Part shown: positions 1-12,705 of the stretch, one piece after another
Numbering within the stretch: the stretch's first letter is position 1
How the letters are laid out: each line of letters starts with the position of its first letter
From: Bispira polyomma
Taxonomy: Eukaryota
Direction of reading: 5' to 3'
DNA length: 64,000 bases
Assembly (NCBI GenBank): GCA_965649765.1
Contig: OZ287753.1
Span: 69,254,001 to 69,318,000, forward strand
The notes under the pieces: generated by a model
Databases searched by the model: none
What the model saw: the letters and a program-made list of their open reading frames with translations, nothing else
Told to the model about the DNA's origin: nothing
Made by a program: the position numbers and the translations under genes

Positions 1-2733
1 TTAAACTCAATTTATGGAGACCGTACCCTTAGTCTAAGGTGGCTTCACTTCTATACTCATGGGGTACTTAGGTCTACCATAAGGTGCAAAGACCCCTCAT
101 GCAAAAGTAACCTTATGCCCTCACCAATCTTAAAGAAGTAGTTGCTCAATGTGTACATCTCAAGGTATATCCCAGAGAAACACAAACAAATTTCAGTACA
201 CAGCAGTAAACAACTCCCACTTCTGTGGTCAGAGAGATATTCCCCTTTTTCTGGGAAATCTGACCTTCTGTACACAACAAGTAGCCCCCATTGTTGCTCT
301 TGTACTTAACATCATTGGTGGTATGGGTTTTGTGTGTGGAGGACTCTTTGTGTGTTTAACTCCATAAATTAATACATATATGTGTGTTTTTTTGCCATGT
401 TGAAAATTTGTTAATCTTTTTGTCAATGTTACTTGTTACTTGTTTGGACAAACTCACATATTTTTAGGAAGTTAGGAATATGGTAGCTTTCCCAAACTTT
501 ACCAATCATTAACTCACACAATAGACTAGACAAATTCAAATATCTAATAAAAAATATGGAATTTTAAAATTTGTTGGGACTTCAATATTTGGACTTAGTC
601 TCTGGATGGAACCCGGATGGAGGACAAACTTATTAATTTTTAAATCTGAAGTTTTTTTATTTACTGTGACCTTTAACTTGGTCTCTTGATGAACAATATG
701 GCCGATACTCGCCTATATTTTTTTCAACCTAGGAATATTCTTTTGTAAAACCATTTAAACACACCTTACACTAAAACAGTATAAATATCAAGGAAAAAAT
801 CTTAGTTTTGAATTCCATATTGACACAAAACACATTTTATAAAGTTCATAAGGTTCAAACCCAGCACCCAAACATATAATATTACTGATGATCACATTTG
901 TGAAAGAAACTTATTAACTTTATTGAAACAGATTCGAACCCAAGGCCTTACACTGACTTTATAAATTCCTACTGTGGGCAGGGGGTGTATAAAACCTTAA
1001 GATTCCCCTGCAATAAATAGGCTATGGGCCATTAGGTTTCAGGGATCATTTATTCAAATTTTGTCATTTGTGTGACCACTTTTTTGGGAACAAAACTGGG
1101 TTCGAACCCTAAAAGTGGTGTAACCACTTGTTTTGAGAAGGAATATCTCAGGAAATAATTCATTTTTGTACATATTTGACCCAGTAGATCTGTATACGGC
1201 TGTATGTGTTTATACCTTTAGTGTTAAGTGCAGAATCAACACTAATCAAAGAACTTTATTTGCTATCACAGGGACCAAAAGACCACAATCTTAATATTTA
1301 AGGCCAAAATCAAGGACCAATTCTTAAGCTTAACACTTTTTTATGACTAAGACCTTTTGTGAATAAGGCCTGTGTGTTGGCTGTACACTGAGTCTATATG
1401 TTTATTACTGAGGTAATAATACTGGAAAGTTTGTACACTGATTCATAGTGGTAATAAAATAGTAAAACAGTTTGCTGAAATTAATCAAGTGATTTTATTG
1501 GGACAAGGCTGTACATATTAATTTGTTAAATTCACCACTCTGTATTCTGTTGTCTTCTGATATTATGTGTAACACCGTCATTTGAAACAGAAGGGACAGT
1601 ATGAGATTCAAAGTTATAAGGCTTATTAATCCACCATTGTTTTGATCTGTACTATTTTCATCATGATCACTCTTACTGCTTGTTATCGTAATATTATCAT
1701 CAGAATCTAAAGTATGTTGGGTAAACTGTTTTCAACAGACATTTTTACACCTCTGTAGTATAAAATGTATATAAAGGTTTCAAAATCTAATGTATGTGAC
1801 TGTAGAATAAAAGCTTTTTATTCCGCAAAACAGGAGTACACTAACTTATCATACACAGTAAGGTGTAAACAAACCCTAGCAGACTTTCTGTGCACACCTG
1901 ATGACATAGCACACACAGTCTGCACTCACACAGTTTCTGCTGGGGAAGTGGCTAAATTGTGTGAAAAAACTAGGGGTTTGCAGCTGTTAGATTTATCTCT
2001 TCTTTTTTGTGTATGCAGATTATTAAACAGGATATGATCCATTTTATGTTAAAACTAGTAAAATGGCTTGTCATCCCATGCAATACTACACCTTTAACTG
2101 TATACACTAATGTCAGCTTTAACCTATTAACTAATACAAATTAAACCGCATTCTTTATTGTCCCTGTTGTTATAAAGCATATGAGCCTCTGAACGCCGGG
2201 TCAGTGTGATAGTTAAAGTCACGGGCGATAGCAGCCTCAGTGGTAGCTTGCAAAACTAAATTCATTAAGAGGGACCTTGGGTAACCATAAAGTCTATTTT
2301 CCTCCAAATTCTCCCGCCATTTGTGTCGGGAGTTTACGGAAAAAGGAGCCGCCCTCTGCTACCAATGTTTCCACTGTTTTCTTAGTTTCCGATAGAGATA
2401 ATTATTAACTCATAAACCACCTGTGTGGATCAGTCAATGTGGTTTCTAACTCAGTGTCAAAACACAACACCCTAGCTGCTCCTGGCTGATTGACAGGCTG
2501 GCCGAAACGTAATAATAGCGAGGCTGGTGATTCTCAGGGATGATGAACATTAGTGCTTGGGCCAGGGGCTGTGAGTGGTGCTGCGGAGAACAAATATCTG
2601 AATTGTTTTGTATTTCATATAAATCTGTCGATCTGCATTGGCATCAGGATTCTCTGATAAGCCTGGGATCCTGCACAAAGATAACAAATACTTACCATTG
2701 TACTTAACAGCTGTACTTGTTCTTTTTCATTAG

Positions 2734-3523
2734 GTGACCAGATTAACACCTGCTTCAAGTCCATGAGGACCATCCAAGGCAAACTGAAAAAGAAAACAAA
2801 GTCCGGCCAGGCAACCAAGGCTCCAACTGCTCGCCAGAGATGGACACTAGCATCATTCCAATCTCTAGAGGCGCCCAGTCTGAGAGTAGAAGGTTGAGGG
2901 TTGCGCCTCCCATGATGACTTGTGGAACGATGACAAGATCTCCAATCTGGCTACAGCTCCTTCTTTTGATGTCAGAGCGGAGTCAAGTCCCACGCAACCC
3001 AACCTTTCCGATTCCAGCCATGCTGGTCAGGCCGGCCCCAGCAGCGACCAAGACCAAGACCACCAAACGCTACTGGCTGGAGGGTGGTCAATGCCATAAT
3101 TCAGCTTGCATACCATATCGCCACCTCTGAACGCAACGACCAGGTGCAGGTGTCTGCAGCCAACAAACACAGACTGTCCTTCTGCACTGGATTGGGCTGG
3201 AGTCGGAAGGTCTCACTAACAAACAGTGGAATACTTCTATGCAGAATACTTTCCAGGCCATGATGTGGCAGGAGACAGCCAACCGGCCACCTATACAGCG
3301 GCCGTCACCCCAACATGTCTTCTCGCAGCCATTGGTGTGGCCTGCCTTTGCACCACCTGGCCAACAGAGTACATCGAGTACATTTACACCACCAAATATC
3401 TGGTCCCCACCCACACCACAGAACCAACAGCACAACCTATCACAGAGCAGTTTTGGGACACTGAACATGTCTGGCATATTGAATATGCTGGACAGCTACC
3501 AAGGTCCCAAAAGAACACCTTAA
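2734..3523 (+). pseudogene. Harbinger Myb/SANT (MADF-like) gene, exon 2 only (left-arm copy)
   Basis: ttcattag|GDQINTCFKSMRTIQGKLKKKTKSGQATKAPTARQRW..., MADF C-terminal signature followed by P/Q/S-rich tail; frameshifted; exon 1 absent because the arm begins inside the intron. Confidence 0.7.
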
Positions 3524-3929
3524 ACTCAGCCCACTCAAACGACTGGGGCTGGCACTGGAGGTTTGGCGACATACATGTATGCGTGTGACCAAAGTAGTGG
3601 TAGCCAGGCACAGCAGTAGACGGGGGATATCGGTGGTGGCATGATTGTTAAGGGGGTGGGGTGGGGAGTTTAGTCGGAAATGTGCTCTTTGGGCATTTGT
3701 AACAATTTTGACTGTGACCTATGCATGTATATTATATTTAAGTGGATGTTATTTTGTTAAATAAATTAATATAAAACCAAATTGAACATTTAAAAATTGA
3801 ACTCGACTTTTGGTGTGTAACTTAAACATTTTGAACTTGACCTTTGGTGTAAAACGATTTTGTGGCTGTGCCAAGCTTATAGATAGCCCTGGCCTCACAG
3901 ACTTGTTCCACATTAAATTTATTGTTTAG

Positions 3930-4142
3930 AAACCAGACAAGGTCAAGCTCATAATCTTTAGGTCATCACAAATCCCAAATTCAAATGATAAATATTGTGA
4001 AGTGTCACGCTTAAGGTTTGCAACAACATTTATTATTTGGAAATCAGACAAGGTCAGGCTCATACTTTTAAGGTCATCACAAATCCCAAATTCAAAAAGT
4101 AAATATCGTAAAGTGTCATGCTTAAGTTTTACCACAACATTA
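3930..4142. repeat. ~111-bp imperfect tandem duplication between the convergent Harbinger genes (mirrored at ~18310-18530)
   Basis: AGACAAGGTCA[A/G]GCTCATA...GGTCATCACAAATCCCAAATTCAAA at 3935 and 4046. Confidence 0.85.
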
Positions 4143-4361
4143 ATTTCATGAAATTAACATAAGGTCAAACTAAGAGTCTCCTGTGGTCTCCTGTGGTTCA
4201 CTTGCTAGCTAAAGATTATTCCCTACTAGTTTTAAGAAACACAATGCCAACACTGAAATAACCTTCTGTGCACAGGCACTTTTATTTTACAAATAATTAA
4301 CCTGGAATGATTGATTTTAAATAAATAATGTAATAAGAAAACACAATCACATTCACAGTCA

Positions 4362-4725
4362 CTTAAATCATTTCTCTCTGCCATGATACAGCACCAATGT
4401 TATTGCAATAGTGTTTTAAGTATATCCTCTGTCTCACCTACCTGAAAACTGACATTCTGGCACTCTGCGGAGACAACTTCATCTCTCCAGACTCCAGGAA
4501 CAACTTGGTGCATTCTGCAAAGCCGGATACCCGTTGCACATTAGACTGTGTACACATGCAACCCAACATTATTGACACTTAACAGTTTCTGGCATTTGTT
4601 GATGAGTAGTCAGCAGGGCGCAAAAGCTATTGGCAAGGATACCAAAGGCATTCTCAACAATCCTTCGAGCACGAGATAACCTGTAGTTAAATATTCTCTC
4701 TTCATCCACAGCATAAGGAAAGTTT
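4362..4725 (-). pseudogene. PIF/Harbinger DDE transposase C-terminal fragment (left-arm copy)
   Basis: Minus strand reads DEERIFNYRLSRARRIVENAFGILANSF...YLKHY...GAV-WQ (HARBI1/DDE_Tnp_4 motif). Confidence 0.85.
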
Positions 4726-4747
4726 CATTTGGTTGCAAATCTGTCAA

Positions 4748-7700
4748 CTTTTTTTATATTTTATTTATTTATAACCAAAAAAACAAAATAAAAAAAAAAG
4801 GTACAATAGCACATTACAATATTAAAGTTACAAGTGTACTAGCATCTCACATCACACACAGTTACAAGTGTACTAACATCTCACATCACACACAAGTAAT
4901 TTACTAAAAGGCTTCACAATGCAGAGAAGATTAACAGTGATTTTAATCTAAAACTATAGAGAGGCTCTAACATTAGAAATAACCTTACAATGATGCACAA
5001 TGATTCACAATGCAGAGAAGGTTAACAGTGATTTTAATTTAAAACTATAGAGAAGCTCTAACATTAGAAATAACCTTACAATGATGCACACAATAACCCA
5101 AATCTTTCTGTAACTAATATAGATCTACTTTGATTATTATATACTTTTCCTTCCAATTTGAGTTTCCACTTCAAGGTTCTTAGAAAGAGTCGAAAAACTA
5201 AATTTTCATTATTCGTTTTGAGTTATGTATACAATATTTTCCAATGAGTAATACATAATTGATCATAAAATAATATTTAGGGTCAAAATTGATAACGCCA
5301 AACATTACTTGCAAAACTGTAAAGTCTAATTTGCAAGGAATACAATTTAACAGACATGAACAGATTTGGTTCCAAAAAGATTTTGTGTCTAAACAATAAT
5401 AGAAAAAAATGTTCTAAATTTTCAATTTTTATTCAAATATTACATTCAGGAGATCCTTTGATCTTCCAAACAAAATTACATGCAAAAACTCTGTGCAAAA
5501 TTTTGTATTGAAGTGTGATCAAATATGTGTCTAAAACAACCCTAAATGGCAAGAGATAAATGTGTTTCCAGTCGATAACCTTTAAAAAGGGATAGTGTTC
5601 TATCCACTTATTTTGACATGTTGGAACTGAATAATTTGTGACAACAAAAGATGTGTAAACTTGTGAGTTTTTTATCTTGATAATATCATTTAAACATTGA
5701 TTGGGTTTATTTATGTATTTGTTTTCAACATTTTCAGTTTTGAATTTTGAGAGCATCTTAATCCTGCCAGATAGAGCACTAGTTATCTGACTATATATCA
5801 TATCAAAAATTACGACACTGTGTTTTTTTTCTAGTTCAGATTTTAAAATGAATGTTTTACAATTGCTTTGCAAAATATCAGAGACTTTAATTATACCGGA
5901 ATCTTTCCATTTGTTATAATTTTCACTTATTGTTTTTCTATAAGAAGAAATAAGAAATAAAGGATTTTCATCAAGAAGATCATGTACACTTCTGACCTTA
6001 GTAACCAGAAAGTCCAAATAGACAACAAGTCGATATAAAAGCTAGATTTCACATTATGTCTGACATTTTGAAACAATTGTTTTTTTAATATTTTACTTTT
6101 ATTGATACCCATCAAATTTATGGCCAAGACTTTTCACTTTGCATTAATAATATTACACAATCTTTTTATCCACATAACTTTAGCAGACTCCACTATAAAC
6201 TTGATAGCTATCATTTTTAACCCACCCAATTCTAGAGCTTGCACCAGAACATTTTTTGAAATTAAGTGCTTCTTGTTACTTCATATGAAATTTAAAAAAA
6301 CATTGAGTCTAGTTCTGAAAGTACATTACGACTGAAAGGTAAAACTGAAGCTAACTACAGGATATAAGGAACAACTAAGGACTTGAGAACAGTTATTTTA
6401 CCTTTCGAGGTGAGGCATCGCAGTTGCCAAAATTTTAGAATAGCCTGAGTTGTGTTTATTTTTTCAGTAAAGTTTAAACGAGACGCTACATTCAGATCTG
6501 TGAAAAACCAGGTTCCTGATGTTTTAAAAGGTTTCATTGTCCAGGTGATACTGGGTATCTCTGAACAAAGATGGGTTCTCACCATCAATAAGGAATGTTT
6601 CAGTCTTTCCTTTATTTAACTTTAAACCTGCATATCGGTAGAACTCTTCAAATAGTTAATTTGTAACTTTTATTGGTTCTATACTTAAAATAAGGTCATA
6701 TCATCTGCTAATTGGCAAAGTTTTATAGGAGTTTCATTTATACATATACCTTTTAACTCTATTTGACTCTCTTAGTATAATTGCAATAATTTCAGCCACT
6801 AAAAAAACAACAAAGCACTAATTGGACAAGCCTGTCTAATTCCTCTAGATAACTTAAAATGTGACGATAAATAACCATTATAAGTGACACAACTTTCTGA
6901 ATTTTTGTATAAGATTGACAACCATTTTTCAAAATTAACTGAAAAACTATAGTGTTTCACTATTTTACTCAAAAATGTCCATTTAACTGTGTCGAAGCTT
7001 TATCAAAGTCAGCAAGAAGAATTACACAAGAGGTTTTGTGATAAAGGCAATAATCTATTATATCAGAAATCAGTCTTATATTTTTACCACAATACCTATT
7101 CTCCTTATATCCCACCTGATCTGGGCTAATAATTTATTTTAATGTTATTGCTTAGTACCTTAGCTAAATTTTTATAGTCAGTATTTAAAATTGAAAGAGG
7201 GCGCCAGGTTTTTAAATCAGTCAAATCGTTTCTTTTTTTTTGGTATAAGATTAATCACACCTTGTTTTTGGCTATCTGACAGTTCACACTTTTCCAAAGC
7301 CTTTTTAAAACTATCATAGACCTGGCTACCTATTTCAGTCCAGAAAGTCTTATAGAATTCACACGGGATGCCATCAGTTCCAGGCGTTTTATTATTGCCT
7401 AGACAATTAGTGGCTTTTTTGTACTTCTAAACTTATAGCATTTTCACAAATTTCCTTACTATGATCTTTTGGTATATTAATATCTTTTAAGTACTTTTCC
7501 ATATCTTGTTCGAAGGTGGTTGTGTTCGGTTTAGAATATATTTTTGAGAAATAATTTCGTTGAATCTCAAGTATTTCATCTGGCTTGCTAAATCTTTTCC
7601 CATTATGCAATAAAGTAGAAATATGTTTGACCTTATGATTAGCTTTCTCTAAAGTCAAAAAATATTTAGTGGCTTTTCAAATTCTTCTGACAGTTTACAC

Positions 7701-8330
7701 CTGGACCTGATTAAAGAGCCATATGCTTTTTCAGTGTATAAATCCCCTAACTGTTTTTTAATATTATTATGTTCTTCAATGCAATCTGCAGTGGGATTGC
7801 AACAAATATGTTCTTCTAAATTAGACAATCTGTTATTTAATCTTTAACATTTGAGTTTGTTTTTTTTCTTGCTTTTATTAATTGAAAAGGTTATTGATTC
7901 TGTTCTAATTTTACATTTGATAAAGTCCCAGGTTTTATATTTATCCATCAAGTTTGTAGCATCTAATATAGCATCTTTTATTGCTGCTTTTATATGTGTG
8001 ACATAGTCTTTATCATCTAATAAGCTAACATTTAATTTCTATAAAGCTCTCTCTTATTTTGGTCCTTTTCTAATACAAAAGTAATTGTCAGTAAACTATG
8101 ATCTGATCTAACGCTGGGTAGAATATCTACTGTTTTTGTACCATATTCCATACCATGTGATATTAAAAAATAGTCAATTCTTGACTGTTTTAATCTAAAT
8201 CGTGTTTTTCTCTATGAGTGAATCGATTAGTATTGGGATGTTTTACTCTCCAAACATCAATAACATCTAATAACTCCATTATTTGACTTATTTTTTGTGC
8301 AGCCTGGATTTTTAAACCTAAATTAGTATT
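4748..8330 (-). mobile_element. L1/Tx1-clade LINE (L1-A), 5'-truncated, degraded ORF2 (left-arm copy)
   Basis: Mirror of 14120-17713; ORF fragments 7407..7658, 6355..6588, 5433..6017; A-rich tail at ~4748-4780. Confidence 0.92.
4828..5091. repeat. Tandem duplications in the L1-A 3' UTR (~34 bp x2 and ~92 bp x2); mirrored at ~17370-17632
   Basis: GTTACAAGTGTACTA[G/A]CATCTCACATCACACACA x2; TTCACAATGCAGAGAAG...AATGATGCACA x2. Confidence 0.85.
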
Positions 8331-9741
8331 ATTTTGTAGTACTATCACTATCACTTCTCACCCAAAACCTTTTAAATATATTAAGAACTTCACACATTCT
8401 TGTGTCATACAAACTAGTGATTTAGAGCCTTGTAGTTTTAATAAGGAGTAGAAACTGACATGTAACCATACACTTGCAACATTCACTATGCAACTTATAT
8501 CTTCAACACATATTTTAAAAAAAAACAAGTAAAAAATACACAATATTGATAACAAAATAAATGGATTGGAATGGATTTCTCACTCAGATATTCCCTGAGT
8601 CTGATGCACTGTTCATTACAGAAACACTGTCTGTTTCTATTCTAAACACATTTTTTGTTTATAGACTTTTGATGGTTTTCACCATATGCCTCTCAATCAG
8701 ATGTTTTTCTCAGCACCATGTCTATAAAATATATAATTTTGATAACTTCGCATATTGAGTCAGAGATTCGAAAACAAAAAACACCAGATAACGGTGTGAA
8801 AACTGTATCAAAATGCCCCAACATATTGAAGCTAATAATTGCAAGTCCCAAAACAGAGTTATTATAACATAGGAACGCTGTAACCACTAGATCCACTAGC
8901 ACAGTCGACGAAGATCTACATGATTAAAATGAAGAATAAAATGATTAAAATGAAGAATGAAATGACTAAGATCCATGTAAAAGTTAAGCAACATTATTAT
9001 TTAAGATGGCTTCTTGCCACTTAGATTTGGTTTTATTTATAAACTTTTGTATTCTATGTGCCATTCTAGATTACAAATAAAACTGTACTTTTGGTGTATT
9101 TTACCACACATATAAGGGTGTAACAATCATAAAAACGAAAAATGGTGTGCAAAAGATATAAGATTTTGACTAGAAATAGATAAAAAGATACAGCCATCAT
9201 TAATAGTTCAAACAAGCCACATTCATGTCATGAAAAACAGCTATGTGGGAAGTTCATCAATGGAAAGTTCAAACGCAGTGTAATACCACAGTCTCAAAAT
9301 AGTTGCTGTTCATATCCAATACTTCCAAAAAAAGTTTAAGATTAAAAGTTATGTTATTAAAAAGTGGCGCCTTACAAACTTAGGTCAGAAAGGCATGGTT
9401 TGCGAAAAACTTTACCCAGCCAAAGCAGGCTTTAATTTAACAGTCATGTTTACAGTTCATTTCTACACAACATCAAGTGTTTGTTTATTAATTCAAATTA
9501 TGGTAACTGGATGTGCCAGTCTTTTTATATACATATTCTTGTCTTCTATTTTGGGATTTTAAACGAATTTATTAGACATTTCTCTATTAAATTGTGTAGA
9601 AATAAAAGAAAGTTTAAATCTAATTCATTGTCGAAATCTGATGCGATGATATAATCTTTATTGCTGCTAACAACTTGACTAATAACATTATATAAGTACA
9701 GAACAATAGTTCATACAATGTAAATTAAATAATGAATGTAA

Positions 9742-10314
9742 TGCCTTGGTCACACTGAGCTTAAATTTTGCTTACGCACAAAAAATGGCTAACATTAGCT
9801 AAAACATAGTGAACGTACGTAAAATATGGTACCTTAAGTTTTGTTACTTGCCGTTTTTAAAAAAACCTCTAAATTTTTGGACTGCTCGAAATTTTTTACT
9901 TTTTAGCCGTTTGCTGAAAATTTGCCGGAAATGGGTGGTGCATTTGCGGCAAACGTATAACACATATTCAATGGGTATTTGACACAAAGGACAGGAGTAA
10001 TACAAACTATACCTACAAATAATATTAAGGACGAGGAGAACAAGAAAGAGAACAAACGTTAAAAACGAGGAGCAGGGGACTGAAAAGGGTTTAGAAGTGT
10101 GGCTAACGTATTTTTAAAAACATGCTAACGAGGCTAACGTATCATTAAAAAGAAATTGAAATGGCTATTAAAATGTATTAGAAGGTGTTTACAAACGTGT
10201 ACAAAACATTTGATTTTTGCTACGTTTCCAGATTTTCCCACTGTTATTCACATTATTTTCTCTTGTTTACAAAAAAACAACCGTAACGCAAACGTACTCA
10301 GTGTGACCACGGCA
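9742..10314. mobile_element. PIF/Harbinger-type MITE (573 bp)
   Basis: TIRs TGCCTTGGTCACACTGAG / CTCAGTGTGACCACGGCA flanked on both sides by TAA (9739-41, 10315-17); many internal CTAACG/ACGT motifs; non-coding. Confidence 0.85.
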
Positions 10315-10890
10315 TAAATAATAAAATATGTGAACTGTGTGGGACTGGACATGGAGAATTATATACAAACAGTATATTTTATCAGGGGATGCACTACAAG
10401 ACAGTGTATGGGTGTTGCTTTACAACACATAAACCCACATGCTTTTATATCATTTGTGCAATGAAGAAATGTAGCAGTGGTAATGTTGTACTGTTTATAC
10501 AAATAGCCAATAAAACGATTTCGTGACTTAGCAGAGAAGCCCAAAGTGAGAGAACACTGTATTATTGACCTTAACCCAGAGATAGTTGGCAGGTGACAGT
10601 AAAATCACCCCTTGAAATGATTAATTGCAATTTTTAAATAATAATTATTGTGAATCATTTTAAAAAATCATAGTCAATTATTGATAACCATTAGTGGAAT
10701 GGATGCTAGAATATAAGTACATTCTGTTGGTGTCTGTAAAACTGTCATTTAGATCAGGAAACATACTTTTATTTATTATGTTGAAAATCATATATAAAAT
10801 CAATGCTAAAACATAAGTATCTTTTGTTTGTATTTGCAAGAACATCTATTTGGGTCAGCAGACATACTTTCAGTTGTTTTGAAAGTTAGA

Positions 10891-11458
10891 ATGACTATTA
10901 AAGTAATCTTAACATCAATCTGTGTGACTTTGTTGCTAAGTGTAGTATTATACTCCCTATATGTTAGTATGGATTTGGGGATAAAAACACCGCAACCTTT
11001 GGCAGTTGCAAGTGTCACTGAATGCAGGAATTGTGGCAAACATTTAAGGAATGACAGTCTTACAATGTCAATGAGAAATGTGGTATTCAAAACATATAAT
11101 AGACTACATATTGCTATTCTAACTGATGGAAGTATCTTCTAGTCAGTCTGCCAAAATGTTACAGAATGAGGTCAGGACATGGCCACTGGACATCCAAGCC
11201 AGAGTCACGGTGATTCAATTAAAATTGAACTGTAGCAAGTGGACACAACAGATGCAACAGAGTGGCTCTAAAATTGACCACAAGCTATGTGCTTACATAA
11301 CAATGCTAAACTCGAACACTGTTCAGAGAAGCACATCAAAAATTATCTACCTGGACTCAGATGTTCTAGCTTTAGATGATTTAAGCAAAATGTGGAGTTT
11401 GTTTAATGGATTCGGTGTGAACAACACCATATCAACTCCACTTGGTTCCAGATATGCC
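10891..11458 (+). pseudogene. GT8/GXYLT-like glycosyltransferase pseudogene, 5' half
   Basis: Paralogous to 57855..59009; MTIKVILTSICVTLLL...; internal deletion near 11140 (YKYSL...ILTG lost); truncated after YLDSD...LGSRYA at the fold-back junction. Confidence 0.93.
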
Positions 11459-11569
11459 AAAGGTTGCGGTGTTTTTATCCACAAATCCATACTAACATAT
11501 AGGAAGTATAATACTACGCTTAGCAACAAAGTCACACAGATTGATGTTAAGATTACTTTAATAGTCATG
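11455..11569 (-). pseudogene. GT8-like 5' stub (right-arm copy, first ~38 codons)
   Basis: MTIKVILTSICVTLLLSVVLYFLYVSMDLWIKTPQPLA within ORF 11347..11625-. Confidence 0.88.
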
Positions 11570-12144
11570 CTAACTTTCAAAACAACTGAAAGTATGTCTG
11601 CTGACCTAAATAGACGTTCTTGCAAATAAAAACAAAATATGCTTATGTTTTAGCATTGATTTTATATATGATTTTCAACATAATAAATAAAGGTATGTTT
11701 CCTGATCTAAATGACAGTTTTACAGACACCAACAGAATGTACTTATATTCTAGCATCCATTCCACTAATGGTTATCAATAATTGACTATGATTTTTTAAA
11801 ATGATTCACAATAATTATTATTTAAAAATTGCAATTAATCATTTCAAGGGGTGATTTTACTGTCACCTGCCAACTATCTCTGGGTTAAGGTCAATAATAC
11901 AGTGTTCTCTCACTTTGGGCTTCTCTGCTAAGTCACGAAATCATTTTATTGGCTATTTGTATAAACAGTACAACATTACCACTGCTACATTTCTTCATTG
12001 CACAAATGATATAAAAGCATGTGGGTTTATGTGTTGTAAAGCAACACCCATACACTGTCTTGTAGTGCATCCCCTGATAAAATGTACTGTTTGTATATAA
12101 TTCTCCATGTCCAGTCCCACACAGTTCACATATTTTATTATTTA

Positions 12145-12705
12145 TGCCGTGGTCACACTGAGTACGTTTGCGTTACGGTTGTTTTTTTGTAAACAAGAGA
12201 AAATAATGTGAATAACAGTGGGAAAATCTGGAAACGTAGCAAAAATCAAATGTTTTGTACACGTTTGTAAACACCTTCTAATACATTTTAATAGCCATTT
12301 CAATTTCTTTTTAATGATACGTTAGCATGTTTTTAAAAATACGTTAGCCATGCTTCTAAACCCTTTTCAGTCCCCTGCTCCTCGTTTTTAACGTTTGTTC
12401 TCTTTCTTGTTCTCGTCCTTAATATTATTTGTAGGTATAGTTTGTATTACTCCTGTCCTTTATGTCAAATACCCATTGAATATGTGTTATACGTTTGTCC
12501 CAAATGCACCACCCATTTTCGGCAAATTTGCAGCAAACGGCTAAAAAGTAAAAAATTTCGGGCAGTCCAAAAATTTAGAGGTTTTTTTAAAAATGGCAAG
12601 TAACAAAACTTAAGGTACCATATTTTACGTACGTTCATTATGTTTTAGCTAACGTTAGCCATTTTTTGTGCGTAAGCAAAATTTAAGCTCAGTGTGACCA
12701 AGGCA
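12145..12705. mobile_element. PIF/Harbinger-type MITE (right-arm copy)
   Basis: TTA|TGCCGTGGTCACACTGAG ... CTCAGTGTGACCAAGGCA|TTA. Confidence 0.85.

Larger units (their letters stand above)
2687..11004. repeat. Left arm (~8.3 kb) of giant inverted duplication
   Basis: Reverse complement of 11455-19762 (mirrored ORFs e.g. 7407..7658-/14788..15039+, 3088..3477-/18962..19351+). Match starts at AATACTTACCATTG (2687) and ends at GGCA (11001-11004). Confidence 0.97.

Noticed and set aside
2484-2525. Hammerhead-ribozyme-like CTGATTGA...GGCCGAAACG
   Set aside because: Core has an extra base, stem II cannot close properly, and no stem III/cleavage triplet follows.
3088-3611. Overlapping ORFs 3088..3477-, 3226..3588+, 3384..3611- (and mirrors 18828-19351)
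   Set aside because: Alternative or antisense frames of the GC-richer MADF exon; no independent motifs.
8561-8902. Small ORFs conserved in three copies (8561.., 13545.., 60989..) as genes
   Set aside because: Conservation simply reflects recent duplication; no recognisable domain.
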